A DNA stretch of 64,000 bases from Sarea resinae (lineage: Eukaryota). The notes beneath the pieces are model-generated. The model was not told where the DNA came from. It worked only from the letters and a program-made list of their open reading frames with translations, and made no database searches. How positions within the stretch are numbered: position 1 is the stretch's first letter; every line of letters begins with the position of its first letter. The stretch is from contig JAPEUD010000044.1 in the NCBI GenBank assembly GCA_026026165.1, positions 1-64,000 of the forward strand, written 5' to 3'. Both the position numbers and the translations under genes were made by a program. Positions 14,312-27,403 of this stretch are shown piece after piece.

Positions 14312-14875
14312 ATGACGTCTTTGCCCACTTCGTTCTGTCCTTCCCTTATCTCAACGTCCCTCCTACATCTGCAACATAACCCTGCGTCCGCCAGACCCTA
14401 TGGCCCACAAGCCGACGGTGGAGACTCAACGGTCTGGTACTGTGGCCACTGCTCCGCGGGCGCGCCCAACGGACCATGGAATATTACTCTCGACGCTGCA
14501 TGCCAGAGCTGTGGCCGTGCTCGCGATAGCTACGCCAAGTACGAGACGGCCAAGAACTCTGCTTCCCTTTCATTCCCACTGTCGTCTCAAATTTGTCTGG
14601 CGTCGGCGTTTCACTCCTTCTCTTCTACATCCACCCACGTCGTCGCTGGCACGACTGGCGTGAAGATTCCCATGAACACCAACACTAACGTCAACACCTG
14701 GACTGGCCTCGCTTCCGACCTAAGTGTTCAGAGCTTTACAGATTTGGAAGGGGTCAACCACCACTCGAGTTCGTGGTATTGCTGCTCCTGTGGCGATGGG
14801 CCGCAGAGTATGGCATTGCAGGGCCGATGCCAGCAGTGTGATCATACGCGCTGTGGGACCTGCACTCTTGAGTGA
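14312..14875 (+). CDS. Small uncharacterised protein with two W-Y-C-x2-C..GP..C-x2-C (zinc-finger-like) modules
   Basis: Open frame with WYCGHC..GPW..CQSC and WYCCSC.DGP..CQQC..RCGTC; TATATAA at 14168; possible in-frame 63-nt intron at 14332-14394. Confidence 0.7.
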   Translation: MTSLPTSFCPSLISTSLLHLQHNPASARPYGPQADGGDSTVWYCGHCSAGAPNGPWNITLDAACQSCGRARDSYAKYETAKNSASLSFPLSSQICLASAFHSFSSTSTHVVAGTTGVKIPMNTNTNVNTWTGLASDLSVQSFTDLEGVNHHSSSWYCCSCGDGPQSMALQGRCQQCDHTRCGTCTLE

Positions 14876-17800
14876 TCTTTCTACCTATTTCTCTTTTGAC
14901 GGAGTTGAAAGGCGGTGGAAAAGGAGTTAGGCCGGTACAGGAAGACGAGGGAGACAATCACACAGAAAGGGCCAAAGCAAGGATTTTTTTGGACGACGAC
15001 GAACATGGTTTGAGATTCCATCGGAAAAGACCAAAAAAAAATTAAAGAAAACGGAGGCCCGAGTTCGGACTTGGAGGGGAGAAGAAAAGGAGGGGTATAC
15101 GTTGGCGCACACACACACACATACTCACACTTTTTCGGCTTGGCGCTGGCGCCGGCAATAGAAAAAGGGGCAGATTCAGCTTCGCTTCTGCGTTTGAGCC
15201 GGAGAATGGGAAACGGAAAACGGGATAGGGGGTGTTATTGGTCCTAATAATTTGCAATTTGGAAACTGGGACTTAGGACTTGGGTATGGGATGGGATCAG
15301 GATATAGATGGACACAAGAAGTGTCTCTCTTGATTTCTTATTTTCGTTTGTCCCTTGCATTAGAGAGTCGTGAGATTCTTTCTAGACGGAGCTGCAAAGC
15401 TAGATTTCTGATTCAGACCTGATTTCCTTTGTCTTCCTTTTACTCTTCTTGGTCCGTGTCCGATGTCTATTATTTGTTCTCGCTTATAGTCGTCGTCTTG
15501 TTCTTGTTCATTTTCTCTCGTTCACCTATGTTTCCTGCTAGAAGCTAGATCGGAAAGACTGTGTCAAATGAAACAAATCTCGGACTTTCTTTTTCCAGAG
15601 TCGGAACCTGCAAAGAGTTTGAATAGACATGAATAAACATATGCTTATGCTTGCAGTAATTTGACCTACGATCATGATTGTCGGATCAGCGATCAGCATG
15701 ATGGTAAATCATAGGAGGCGCCTTAGAGGCCAGTCTCGAATTTGTTCGAGGGCATTCTAGTGAAGGAGTGCTTAGATTCCTTTATGGAGATATGGTCGAC
15801 GGCATGGAAACCGACTCGATTAGGCTCCAGAGGATGCGCCAGTGAAGGGACATCGGTGAAGACATCCCATGCAGGACAGATGCCGCTACAGATACTGCTC
15901 TACAGCAGGAGCGCAGATTAGAGAGATCTTGGGCGTCAAATGTCCTCGGATCCTCGTCATCTTTCCTCGCTGCTGCAACTCTTGCAGACGGTGATGGGAG
16001 AGACTTCTGAAACGATACTTTAATGGACGGGAGACATGAGCGCCGTACTAGATAAGGGAGAGGGGGCATTATAGTCAGAACTCGGGTATGTAATTTGAAT
16101 GCAATCATGAAAACCACAGCACAGGCGGTAAAGGAGCCTTGCATAGTCCCCGGCCAGAGGAAGATGGTCTTGCACGACTCTTGGCACCAGAGAACCAACC
16201 CAACGTCCAACATAAACCACAGTGACCACAGTGAATACCCACCCGATCAATCACCCATAAAACGAATGATGACACGTTGGCGCCAAAGGTAATCCGGTGC
16301 CATCTGCCTGCGTAAATGAGTTCGAAGAAAGAAAAGCATCCCGCGTTCGAACCCTAGCAGGACGGAGTATGCTTTCACGCGCAACCACAATGTCTTAGTA
16401 AAGAGAAGGCAGCCTTTCGACTATCCCAGAGATGAACTTGTCATGTCTGATGAGATAGAATCCTCAAAGATTACGATGGAATTTTCGTAGGACCGCTCGA
16501 TAGGAGTGGTCTGAGCTTTTTTTTACTCTGGGGTTTGGACCACCGCAGATGTCGTCCGATTGCTCTCTTTTTGACCGCTTGCTTCTGAATGCGTGCGTCT
16601 TTCTTCTTTCCTCGATAAGCTTGCTTTTGTCCTCCGCAATCTGTGTCGTATCTGGATGTTACGTATACTTGGTAAATCAGGCTGGCAACTGCAGATTCAC
16701 AGTTTCATGGGAATCATTTCCAACGCCAGTCACTAGGACATCGTGAAACGAAGACGCTCTTTTGATAAAGATCGATGACTGGAAATGCCCCATAGTCTAG
16801 ACCAGGTCACACCAAGGCCGCCCGACAAGAATGTCGGCAGCCAAGGCATGGAGCACGGCCTAAGGCGAGCTCAAACAATCGGCTACACTAACAGAACCAG
16901 CTTCCTCGCCCATAAATGTTGTAAATTGAAGTTCTTTCCCCGAAAAATGGTTTCAAGATTGTTCAAATCACTGGAGAGCAGCGTCATTACGAAGCCAGAT
17001 CTATCAATGGCGAGTGCGGCCATGATGAGTTTGGCGGTCCCCAGGTCTATTCCGAAGGTCGGAACAGTCAACTGTGCCGTTTGCAGAAGAGACTGGAATA
17101 TCTTGGCCCTGATGGAAGTCAGGTAGCTGGCTTCCTGGTAGGCGTTGTCTGCGTACTTCGACAGCGTCCAGACAGTCCGGTGATTTATGTATGTGGGCAG
17201 AAACATAAGAGTAACTAACAGAAAGATGGAAGTCGACGGACGGGAAGTCGACTCTCCAACAACGTCCAAGTCAAATCAAGACACTTACTCACCAGCTCCA
17301 TCTCGTTATCAGCGCACACATCGCAGTCTACTTGAGGACATCACCTACAACACATTCATATTTGTTCGAAGACCGAGGAACTTCTGGGAAAGCCGATCAA
17401 CGGAAAGGGATCGAGAAAGCGAGCTCACACAGAGTTGTATCCAATAGAAGCTCAATAACGAGGTCGGGTATGACAGGCCGTATTCGAAGGAATGGCATGG
17501 ACATGCAGTGGCTGTATGCAAGGCGCAGGAAGATAAGCTGACTGCTTGACTGTCTGGCTGACCGTCTCGAGATTCTCATTCATTCATTTTTGCATGTTGC
17601 AATCGAAGGAAAAGAAAATAGTCGCATCAGAACCGCAAACCCGGCTGGCCAGGATAATTAAAATAAAACGAAATAACCTAGGGACCATCCCATTTGTTAC
17701 GTCTGTCCGGCAACTCAGGCGACGGAGATTCCTTCTACCGTTCATACCGTGCCAATCCGTTCAGATGATCCGAGCCGATCTCGTACCAAGATGAGAGGAA

Positions 17801-18754
17801 TTTTGACACCAGACATTGTTGCACTCCCTTGATCGAAAACACGGCTGGATATCTCGAGGTCCCTCTTCCATTGCATTTCACAGTGACGAAACGAAACCCA
17901 GGCAGACCATGAAATGGAAGCGCGGAGTGAAGAGATATATACACAGATGATCCATAGCAGCAGCCGCGGCAACAATGAAATTGCCACGGCCCTAATGAAA
18001 AAGCCAGAACCACGGGATGGTGGATATGAAGTCAGCTAGAGCATAGAAGACATGGAAAGCCAGCCAGGAGCATCCATTCGTTATACGGCCAGACAGCAAC
18101 AAGAGCAAGAGATCCAACTGGCCGTAGAGCAGGTGAGATCAAATCACATGCACACGCAAACGCACAGACGAACGCCGGGACCGATGAGACAGTTGAGAAG
18201 CGAGATATGGCCCAGGTAATGAAAACGTGGGAAACGACTTCCGGCAGATGAACCACTCCGAAGCAAGAACCAGGATACTTCTTTTTTGGCGAGAATAGGA
18301 AATCCTTTTCCCTTTCAAACCCGGAATATCGATCCTTCATTTCCCATCCGGAAGACTGATCTTCCTTTTCCATCCGGAATATTGGATTCCAACCAACTGG
18401 CCATCCGGCAAAAGGTCCATAAGTTTCCGGTTCGCAGCCCGTAGGTCCATAAAGTAAATGTTGATAAGAAGATGCCTCCCGGGAGAACTTGGACGAGAAA
18501 ATCCTCCCCAGTGGACATGGAATATCAAGGCAGCCATAAAACGTCAGGTCATTAATCCGGGTAGCAAAGGCATCCGCTAATAAGTTGAACGAAAAGAAAA
18601 TAAGAAAAGACGTGTTCGAGTACAAGGCCAGGGCCAGGACAGAGGTTTCAATGATCATCGTCGGCGGGCGTGTGATTCGTAAACTGATATGCCGCGTACT
18701 GCTTCCGGCAAGAGTCATTACAAAAGATCTCGAGTAGGAGAGACATTGAGTCGG

Positions 18755-19681
18755 CTATTGATACCCACCACGGCCATGAGGTTCCCTTGAGACAGAATTA
18801 GTTTTGACGCTGTCATGGAAATGGAGCACTCAATCTACCTGGAATGCGGTTGTTGGTACGAATACTGTGGGTACGGTTGACTCCTGCTCTGAACTGGAGG
18901 TGTCTGGGACGACTGGTAGTATCTTGCACTTTCCGGGGGTGCACTACGTTCTGAGACCACAGGAGGGGACTGGCCATATTGGTACTGGGCGGACCTTGGC
19001 TGGACCTGAGTGGCATATTCCGATCCCGGTGTGTATGCATATGATGAAGTTTGGGAACCATACGCGCTGCTTGGCGTTGCATATGAATCTCCTGATGGGG
19101 CATATCCTTGGGGTGGTCGGTCATAGGTATATGAACTGTGTTCGTATCCAATGGGCGAAGGTATACTTGCTGCTCCATAGGCAACGCTGGTGGGTGGAAG
19201 GCTACTTGAGCTGGTGGGACCGTGGTACTGACGAGACTGGTGAGTCTCGGACTTGGGGTATGGAACTACAACCACGTCAGGGTGACGAGCCAGAGGTAGA
19301 TCTCGCACAACTGTACTACCTCCGTAGCTTGCGGACGATTTTGAAGCCTTCTCGCTCTGCCATCGTTGTGAGTCTGCCTTCAAATCTGCTATCATTTCCT
19401 ATCGAACATCCGGCGTTGTCAGTAGACGCTCTGATGAGAAAGAACGCTGCTATTTACCGACGTGAGATTTCGGTACGCTGTGATAGAGTAGCCATGTCGG
19501 TCCTGGGGGAGGAGAGCTGTCAGATGCGGCTTCAAAGAACGAGTGGGACAAGGTAACTGACTTGACGGACACTGGGCTTAACGAGCGCATCATTTCCTAG
19601 ATATCGACATATGTCGGCCTGAATCACCTCTCGTGCGATGCCATCTGCAGGAATCCAATATGTGTTTTGTATCGTCGGCAT
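18755..19681 (-). CDS. rfeG: RfeG-like putative transcription factor (4 exons; first 19681-19562, second from 19502, last ends TAG at 18755)
   Basis: Spliced translation MPTIQNTYWIPADGIAREVIQADICRYLGNDALVKP..GYSITAYRNLTS|EMIADLKADSQRW matches the RfeG family signature as recalled; Tyr/Ser/Pro/Gln-rich tail. Confidence 0.85.
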
Positions 19682-22600
19682 CGTTGAAAGTAAATGTGAA
19701 GTCGCGATCAATTAATCTGTCAGAACGAAGGTCTAGAAGTAGCAGCGTCGACAGCAAATGAGAAACGATTGCACGCTTGACACTGTAAATGAAGAAAGTT
19801 CTGGGAAGAAGAAGGCTGAATGGGGATGGCAAAACGGCCTGATCCAGGGCAGCAAGACGATCTAGGCTGAACCGAAAACAGGGCAAGCGGAGAGATGTAT
19901 TATAATCGAGTGACGGGTGTGCGTGTCCAGTAGAAGGAACTGCGGGGGGTGGTGGGCTGTGAAGGGTTTGGAAGGGGGGGGCAAGAAGGTGTGAGAAGGA
20001 GTAAGAGGGATTCGGCTCGCGGATATAAAGGTCAGTCAGCGTCCACTCTGAGTCCTTAGTGGGCGGCTTGCGAGGGCGGTCATGGAAAGTCGGTCGAAGT
20101 CGATCTCGTGAGAAGACGGCGGGCAAAACTGATTTAGAAGCGGGAGGCGATCTCTTTCCGGACGACAGTGCGTTTCAACTGATGCATCCAACGAGGACGG
20201 GCACGGTCGATCACTCTATTGCTTGCACGCACTCCAGGGTAATTTACGCAGCACTCGTGCGCAATGATATTAAAGAACTGTCGCTTTCGATTATTGATTG
20301 ATCTGGAAGGTTCAGCATCGAGTGGGCAGCTTTGGGTACCAGAAAGCGACTCCATACAACGGCCCAGCATCCTGCCACCTGCCACCTGCCACCTGCCCAC
20401 CAGCCGGCTTTGCTGCCTCGCTACCTAACCTTGGCCATCATCGGTCTGCAAACGCTCTAAGAGGTGCATTGATGGGCCGTGGTACTAGTCACTAGTAGCT
20501 GCTGCTGTCGTATGGGAGGGAGTGGAGCAGGAGATTCGATTGGGCGGTGACGGAGTGGAATTGGGTGGGATGGCATAAGCGCGTCCTCTTCCGCCAGTGA
20601 ACGACTGGAGAAGGTCCATGGAGAGAGAGGGTCCCGGGGAGGGTCCAGAGGGGCAATGATACCCTACTACGACGTGGTGACCGTGTGACTGTACAAGGCT
20701 CGACGAGACAGGACCGAGTACGGCGCAGTACTCGTTACTTCATACTTCGTACTCTGTCCCCCCATGTCTCCCTCTCCCTCTCCCTCCCTTGCCCGAGACA
20801 GTCCTCCGCCCATGCCCATGCCCACGCCGGAGGCCCAAGCTCGTGCTGGCGTGCTCATCGATGCTCATCCATCATCTGCTCGTGGCCGAGGGGATGGACA
20901 CTTGCTCGTGGACTACTGAAGTACTCCGGACTAATCGATGGACGGTTACAGTACCTACTAGGTATTTGACCCACCTCCTACCTTACCTTACCTACATACT
21001 CCGTAGTAGTACGAAGTACTTCGTAACTACTCTACTTACTCCTACTCTACCCACTCTGCATTGATCTTGACGTGACGTCCGCCGCTCTACCTTTCCGAGC
21101 CACAATCTCAGAGGATCGTCGTCCACGCATCGGCGCCTTACAAGCCGTACCAGCCATCCAATAGCTTTTTCCTTTTCCACCGCATCCAATCGACTGCTCC
21201 ACAAATTTCCGATAATGAATGATCTTTTCCCATCGGAGCATGATGGCCATGAGAGATCATGCTGCTCGTGTTTCCTGTGGTCGTCCTTCGTGCTTATGCT
21301 TTGTGCTTTGTGCTGCGGTTGCATTCCAGGTTGATCCTCCAGTTGCTCAGTGTCGTGCTGCGGTGCGGTCCGACGGTCGCGTGGCGTCGATGCCATGCTG
21401 CATCAGGCATCAGGCATCAAGTCGCCTCTGAATCCGATTCCCGTAGCATCTCGATAACTTCAATGTTCTGGCAGGATACCTTTGAACCTCTGACAGGCAC
21501 GAAAAGGCTTTAGCACTCCCTATAGCATGGGGACTGATCTATCTTTTTCATTCCCGCTCCCAATTGATATCATTCGACAATGTAAATTCCAACACAAATG
21601 ATTCAAGTCCAATGGTAACCCCATCTCGCGCATTTACCGACCTTTTCGGCCGGAGCTTGGCCCAGGTCCTGTACTACACTCCCACCAGCTCCAGACCCTT
21701 CATCCATGTAATGCAATCTAATATCTACCTCTCATATGTATTGGACATACGAAGTGCTCTGCCCTCTCGAGGAATCACTTTTCTTAGAAACATCCCGAAA
21801 ATTTGCCAGTGCCTTCAAACAAGACAGATAAATGATGGCCGTGGCGCGACCAGCGCGCGACCGGCGAGTCCGGCGGGACCGGCTCCTCCAGCTCTCAATT
21901 TTCTTCGTAGCTCCATCAGGCAGCTCGGGCAGCAATGCGTCCGCGTTGGTGGGTGCCCGTGCCACCCAATTTCGCCCCAACAACGTAAAAGCATCCTATG
22001 AAGTACTGAGCGAGAGTCCGAACCACTTGCAGGCAAACAAATTATCTGAGGCCAATCATGTATTTCTGGGTTAAAATACAGGACAACAATCATTCGCGCA
22101 AGTCTGTCGTCCCTAGTAGTAGAGAGAGGTGGACTGGGGCGTTTTCTTTATCCTTCGTGAAATATAAGTTGAGATTATGCGGGCGCACTTTGAAGTATCG
22201 GATAAGATCTTGCTCGATCTATAAAATACCACGTAGTAATTTCTAACATTCGATTTACCCGGGTTATTTTAGAGAGAAAGGTTCTTTTTGTCTGACATCA
22301 ACACCAAATCAATCAAATCAAATCAAATGGAGGCCATAGGGAATGGAGTCCTACCTTGGCAAGGATCTATCAGGTCGAAGTCCCTCTCACACGCGCGGTC
22401 CATGAGACATTGGAAGTCGGCGTTATGGTAAAGATGGCTGCGCAATTAACCAAATGTGAGGATGCCCGAAGGAAGATTCAAAATAATATTGAAAATGTCT
22501 GGCAATAGTCCATTTATTGGTGCTTGCAATCATACCTGTTCGCTCATGGTATAGTGCGCAGTAGGCGTTCTCGGGCTGCTTTATCAAATTCTCCAACGCC

Positions 22601-23230
22601 GGTGATAAATCGGAACAGTGGTTGCGCCAGCCTAGTCGCCCCAGATATTGGTTGACGTGCGAGTCACCGAAACGGAATATCATTTTTGACAGCTGAAGCA
22701 TATGAAGGTTTTCTCGCATGATAACGGACGTTTCCGACGACAACGGGCTCCGAAGAACGGTACATGGTGCTGATAGGAACTTGACAGCCCTGAGTCCTGA
22801 TGAGTCTCATCAAAATTGAATTAGTGAGTTGAGTGATCCGTTCGGTAAGGTAAGGTAGTCAAAGGTCGGGGAACCTCAATTCGTCCAACTTAGCGTAAGA
22901 TACTTTAAAGTCATTTGTCGTGATGCGTTGCCTTGATCACTGGACTCAATCTTGAGGCGTCTCACGTGCATGATCTTCTATGGCAAAACCGCAACACAGC
23001 TCCGGTTGGTGAAAGTCATCACGTCAGCCTCGAAAGGGATTGATTGCGAATTCTTCAAAGTTTATATACAAGTTTATACATTGCTCAGCACCTTATTGAT
23101 CCAATCGAAGCGCTCCGCATAAGTTCCCCATTCAGAGATAACCAGTCTAGGACGGGGAATGGGATATCAAGATCCATCAGGGTGTGGTGACAGGAATACC
23201 GGGACGCTGAATGAACAGAACAATAGGCCA

Positions 23231-25393
23231 TCACCTCCCAAATGTTAGTCGTCCTTGTCCCTTTTCGACTTTACCAATTCCTTTGCCTCTGCTTCCAGCA
23301 GATGTCGGCCTTTTGGATTGGCGTGCTGCTGCTAATCCAGCTGGTCTTTGAGAGACTCGAGGAGTGGTAGTGGTAGGATGTCTCGAGTCAGAGGCATTTG
23401 CTGAATGCTCCATCGTCCCCGGAGAGCGTTCTTGTGCCTCGATATCTTTAGCAAAGTGCCAATCATCATGCTCTGCCTGTTCTGCTCTTTGTAGTTCATT
23501 ATTGCAGCGACTGCATATATATGTGTCTGTCTCTTCTTCCTTACTGCGTGATAGATCGTCAAGATTCGTCAACCCGGACTGCTTCTGTTGTCCACTTCCT
23601 GATGAAGCCATGTCCGCCTCCTTCTTGACATCAGCTTCTTGCTCAATACCTGATGAATCTTCACGCAGCAGAGCGCCGATTCCACCAGACGGGTCCTCAC
23701 TATCATGCGAACGTTTTCGCTGCTCTTCTGGTTGTTGGATCTCTTTAGACTTGGCAAGAAATCTTTGAATGCCGACATTCTCGACCTTCCTTTTCTTTTC
23801 TGGTGGGCCATCTTCTACATGCCACTGTCGATGCTGGGGTCCATTGCCAGCAGAGTTCATACCTGCCGCTTCATCACCTCGGACCAGAAATGCTCCTATG
23901 CCCTTATTACCGGTCACTCCGTCGTCAAATCCTCCTACACTTAGGGATAGGTTTGCACATGGCCAAGCCCGACCCTCCGCCATGATTTGGATAAGGAGGC
24001 TTTGAGCAAGGTCAAACAGGATGTTTTCGTCTATGGTCTTTCCTTGGGGTATAGGAGCCTGTCGCGATCTCATTTGGCCACTTTGGCGATGATGCAAATT
24101 AATTGTCTTCGGTCGTCTTCTGTGCTCCAGAACACCATCTTCTACCAGGCGGGAGAATATATCGGCCACAAAGATTCTAAGCCAACGAACAGCCTGTTCC
24201 TGAGTATTAATGCTTGGACGAAAGGACTTCGCCGAAAGCATAGATTTGATCTGTGTTCGCGAATTTACCTCGCTAGAATCTTCGCCGCGGATGGTCTGAT
24301 AAACCCAGGTACCAGTATCATCTCCGAGCTTCTTTCTGAGTTGGTCCATAGGTACGTCCAAGAGATCTTTTACGGTATCAGTATTAAAAAGAGCTACAAC
24401 CTGATCTCCCAGTTTCCCCCCAAGATTGCGGATCTTGGTAAATTTGAAAGACCCTAAGAAATTATACACGGCTCTGTTCCGTACTATTGTCTGCTGGTTT
24501 GGTTTTCGATGGGCAGAGCCGAGTTTCGCAATCATTTTGTTTCTTCCAACCCCAGCAGAGCATGTGTACTTGAGTCGCTCTCGGATACCGGCCCGGACGG
24601 AGGCGACTATTTCGGACCCGATAAGCATCGCAATGTCATCCCAATCCGGATCATCATCTTCGGTCTCCTTCTCGTCGAGATCGACTAATGCATCGGTTTT
24701 CCAGTCGAGAGCAGTGGATGGAGGTGGAGGCAGATTCTCGGTGGGGTCATCATAGGGTGGTGGACCACGAAGCTCATGGTATCGGTCAAGTAGAATAGAA
24801 TGCACTTGGGCGGACAGGTCCAGGAAAACTTCATCGATACTTGCTTTCTCTACTCGCTGCACAGGAGGTGCGGGCAGCACTTCCTTTATCGCAGCAAGGA
24901 TTCTCCTCGATTCCAGCCGGTACGGATCAAGGGAGACTTTATGAGTAGCAATGTGCTCGGCCGCATCATCGTGATAAGCCCACTTCTCGTCACCTTCCTT
25001 CCAGGTCGCCACATGCTGCATTATCAGCTCGGGGCATAGTTTCTTGGCCTCCGCAATGTTGACATGTCTGGACAAACCGAATTTGCGAGCGGGGTAATTG
25101 ATAGCAATGAGGCCCTGCCATTGCTTTTATCTTATCAGCCCAATATTTTGATATGTGAACATGGCACGCACCTGGACAGCTAGTGGCTGATCCTCGGAAA
25201 TACCCAGCCTAACCATCTCACATTGCGCATAGAAGGCGTCAAGATCTATGTGCGCGATTACTCGGAGAGGACATGTCGTCGAGGATAGTCCAAGTTGGGC
25301 GAGGTGCTTATAGGTGAAACGAGACTTGCGACGACGACTAGAGCTAGCAGTGAGCGAATGTGGTGATGAGACGAATGGCTGAGATGAAGACAT
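23231..25393 (-). CDS. RAD30: DNA polymerase eta (Y-family translesion polymerase); intron 25171-25124
   Basis: IAHIDLDAFYAQCE, LAVQ|QWQGLIAINYPAR, VEKASIDEVF motifs; C-terminal UBZ C-x2-C..EHDDWH. Confidence 0.95.
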
Positions 25394-25608
25394 TGTCACG
25401 GTGGCCGACGCTCATCCAGGAAACAATAAGAAAGTGGAAATTGTGGCCGTGATGCCATCACCGCTGAATTTAGAAGATGGTATCGTGCAGAGAAGACATA
25501 TTATGTTTCAGGGATGGTATTGAAGTCTCATAGAGCTATAACCTTGGAAAGCGATGATCACGTCTCGAGTCGCGAATCTCGTTCAAATCGAAGCGGCCGC
25601 ACGTGAAG

Positions 25609-25614
25609 ACGCGT
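25609..25614. promoter_or_regulatory. MCB-like element ACGCGT upstream of pol eta
   Basis: Exact ACGCGT ~215 bp upstream of the pol eta ATG, with CGCGAA at 25571; MBF-type sites are typical of replication/repair genes. Confidence 0.35.
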
Positions 25615-26277
25615 CGTATCGGTCTGACACTCGCACTCGCTTATCGAAGACCGGTGATACGAGGTATCTCCTACATGGTAAGGTGGTGGGAGGTGCTGCC
25701 AAATGGAAGGTATTTTTGGGTAGATGTAGCTCAACGGTAGAGCAATGTACTTTCAGGTACTTTTATTACTGGCAATCTGGCAGCACTACTACCAGTTCAG
25801 GAGATATTGGATGTGCGAAGTACTCGGCACAAGGTAGGGCGCCTAAGCCGAGGGTCTTAGAAGGCACCGGACCCCATGTCTATCGTTCTTCTATCGATTT
25901 TCTAGCAATGGATAAGACATCAACGGGTGTATAATCCTCGTGTATCACTTCAATATCGTTGTGATGCGGCGCCAGAATGCGGTGCCAAAAGAAAACATCA
26001 AGGTGGGGAGGCTGTGAGGCCCTTTGCCAGTGAGTAGAGTACTTGAATAGTACTCTTATGGCTCGATCGTTTCCCCGGACTACGGTTTGATCATGCGACT
26101 CCCTGACACCATGTCAGGCAAGACCTCGGGTTCCTCAGAGACACTCATTGATCTTGCTTCCAACGGCTCATCATCCTTCATTCTACTCAAGTGTCTTTCT
26201 GTCAACTAACATCGCGGCAATCGGCTGTTTCTCATTGAAATCTACCAAGGGCATTTCAACCATTCAGTCAATCAACG

Positions 26278-27403
26278 ATGGCTTCGAGCCAGGACATAGT
26301 CCTTTTCCATTACCCCGGGTCGGCGTTCTCTGTGCGTGTGATAGCATACCTTACTCTGCGGGGCATCAGCTACTCGGAATGCGTATGGCTCTTTTTCAAG
26401 ATTCGTCTCTAGGAAGGCTGACGGGGCCCAGATTCAACCATCAATGCCGCCACGCGACGATCTCCTCGCCTTAGGAGTGAATTATCGTCGCATCCCGGTC
26501 CTGGCCATTGGTAAAGATATATATTGTGATAGCCGATTAATCTTACAGAAGCTTGAAGAATTGTTCCCCGCAGGTGGTCTGTCTGCAGACACTCCAGAGC
26601 AGAGAGCCACAGAGAGACTTCTCCAGACATGGTCCGTTGAAGGCGGTGTGTTTTGGCACACTGCTTTCCTGGTACCCGCAGAAATTCCGCTGGATGAGAA
26701 ATTTCTCAAGGACCGGAAATCCTTCGCAGGTATCAATTTCTCACAAGAAGCCAGAAAGGAGCAAAGACCCGCAGCGATAGCTGGGATGAGAAGCTCTCTC
26801 CATTTCCTGGAATCCACCCTGTTGGCTGACGGACGAGACTTTATCTCAAAGACTGAGAAGCCTTCCTTAGCAGACATTGAATGTAAGAATTGGGGTTCCA
26901 TGAAAAGCATGAATGCATTTATTGCCCATTACCAGAATCATATTCGGGACAGAAGCTTATGCAAACACGCAGCTATTTGGCCCTTGTGCTTCATCTCCCG
27001 GGTCCCTAACGCTCTTCCTGAGGATGACATTTCGAGTGAGGAATTTCCCAAAGTTTTTGCCTGGCTCGAGCGGTTCAACACAGCACTCTCAAGCGCGGAG
27101 TCTGCGTTGGGTAAACCAACTACGCTGGCTGGGGCTGAAGCCATCAAAAAGATCGCGACAGCTACCTTTGCAGAGGGTTCACCAAATGTCGATGCAAATG
27201 ATCCATTGAGATTGAAGGCGTGCCAAGAAATCGAATTTTGGCCCACGGATACTGGCTCTACTCACCATGTTCGAGGCAAGCTGGTAAAGCTGACTGCCGA
27301 CGAAGTTGCGGTAGCCGTTCCGACGAAGAGTGGCGACGAGGAAGTCAGAATACACGCTCCTCGTCATGGTTTTCACATTGCAAAGGCGGATGTCAGTGGG
27401 TGA
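26278..27403 (+). CDS. Glutathione S-transferase-like protein; exons 26278-26382, 26432-26882, 26973-27403
   Basis: IVLFHYPGSAFS..YLTLRGI, PRDDLLALGVNYRRIPVLAIGKDIYCDSRLI, PSLADIE, RIHAPRHGF motifs of the fungal GST_N_3-type family. Confidence 0.88.

Noticed and set aside
22797..22840. Hammerhead ribozyme core CTGATGA
   Set aside because: No stem II followed by GAAA and no matching stems I/III.
25720..25800. tRNA gene suggested by TAGCTCAACGGTAGAGCA
   Set aside because: No T-arm (GTTCRA) or acceptor 3' strand follows; treated as part of the larger foldback.
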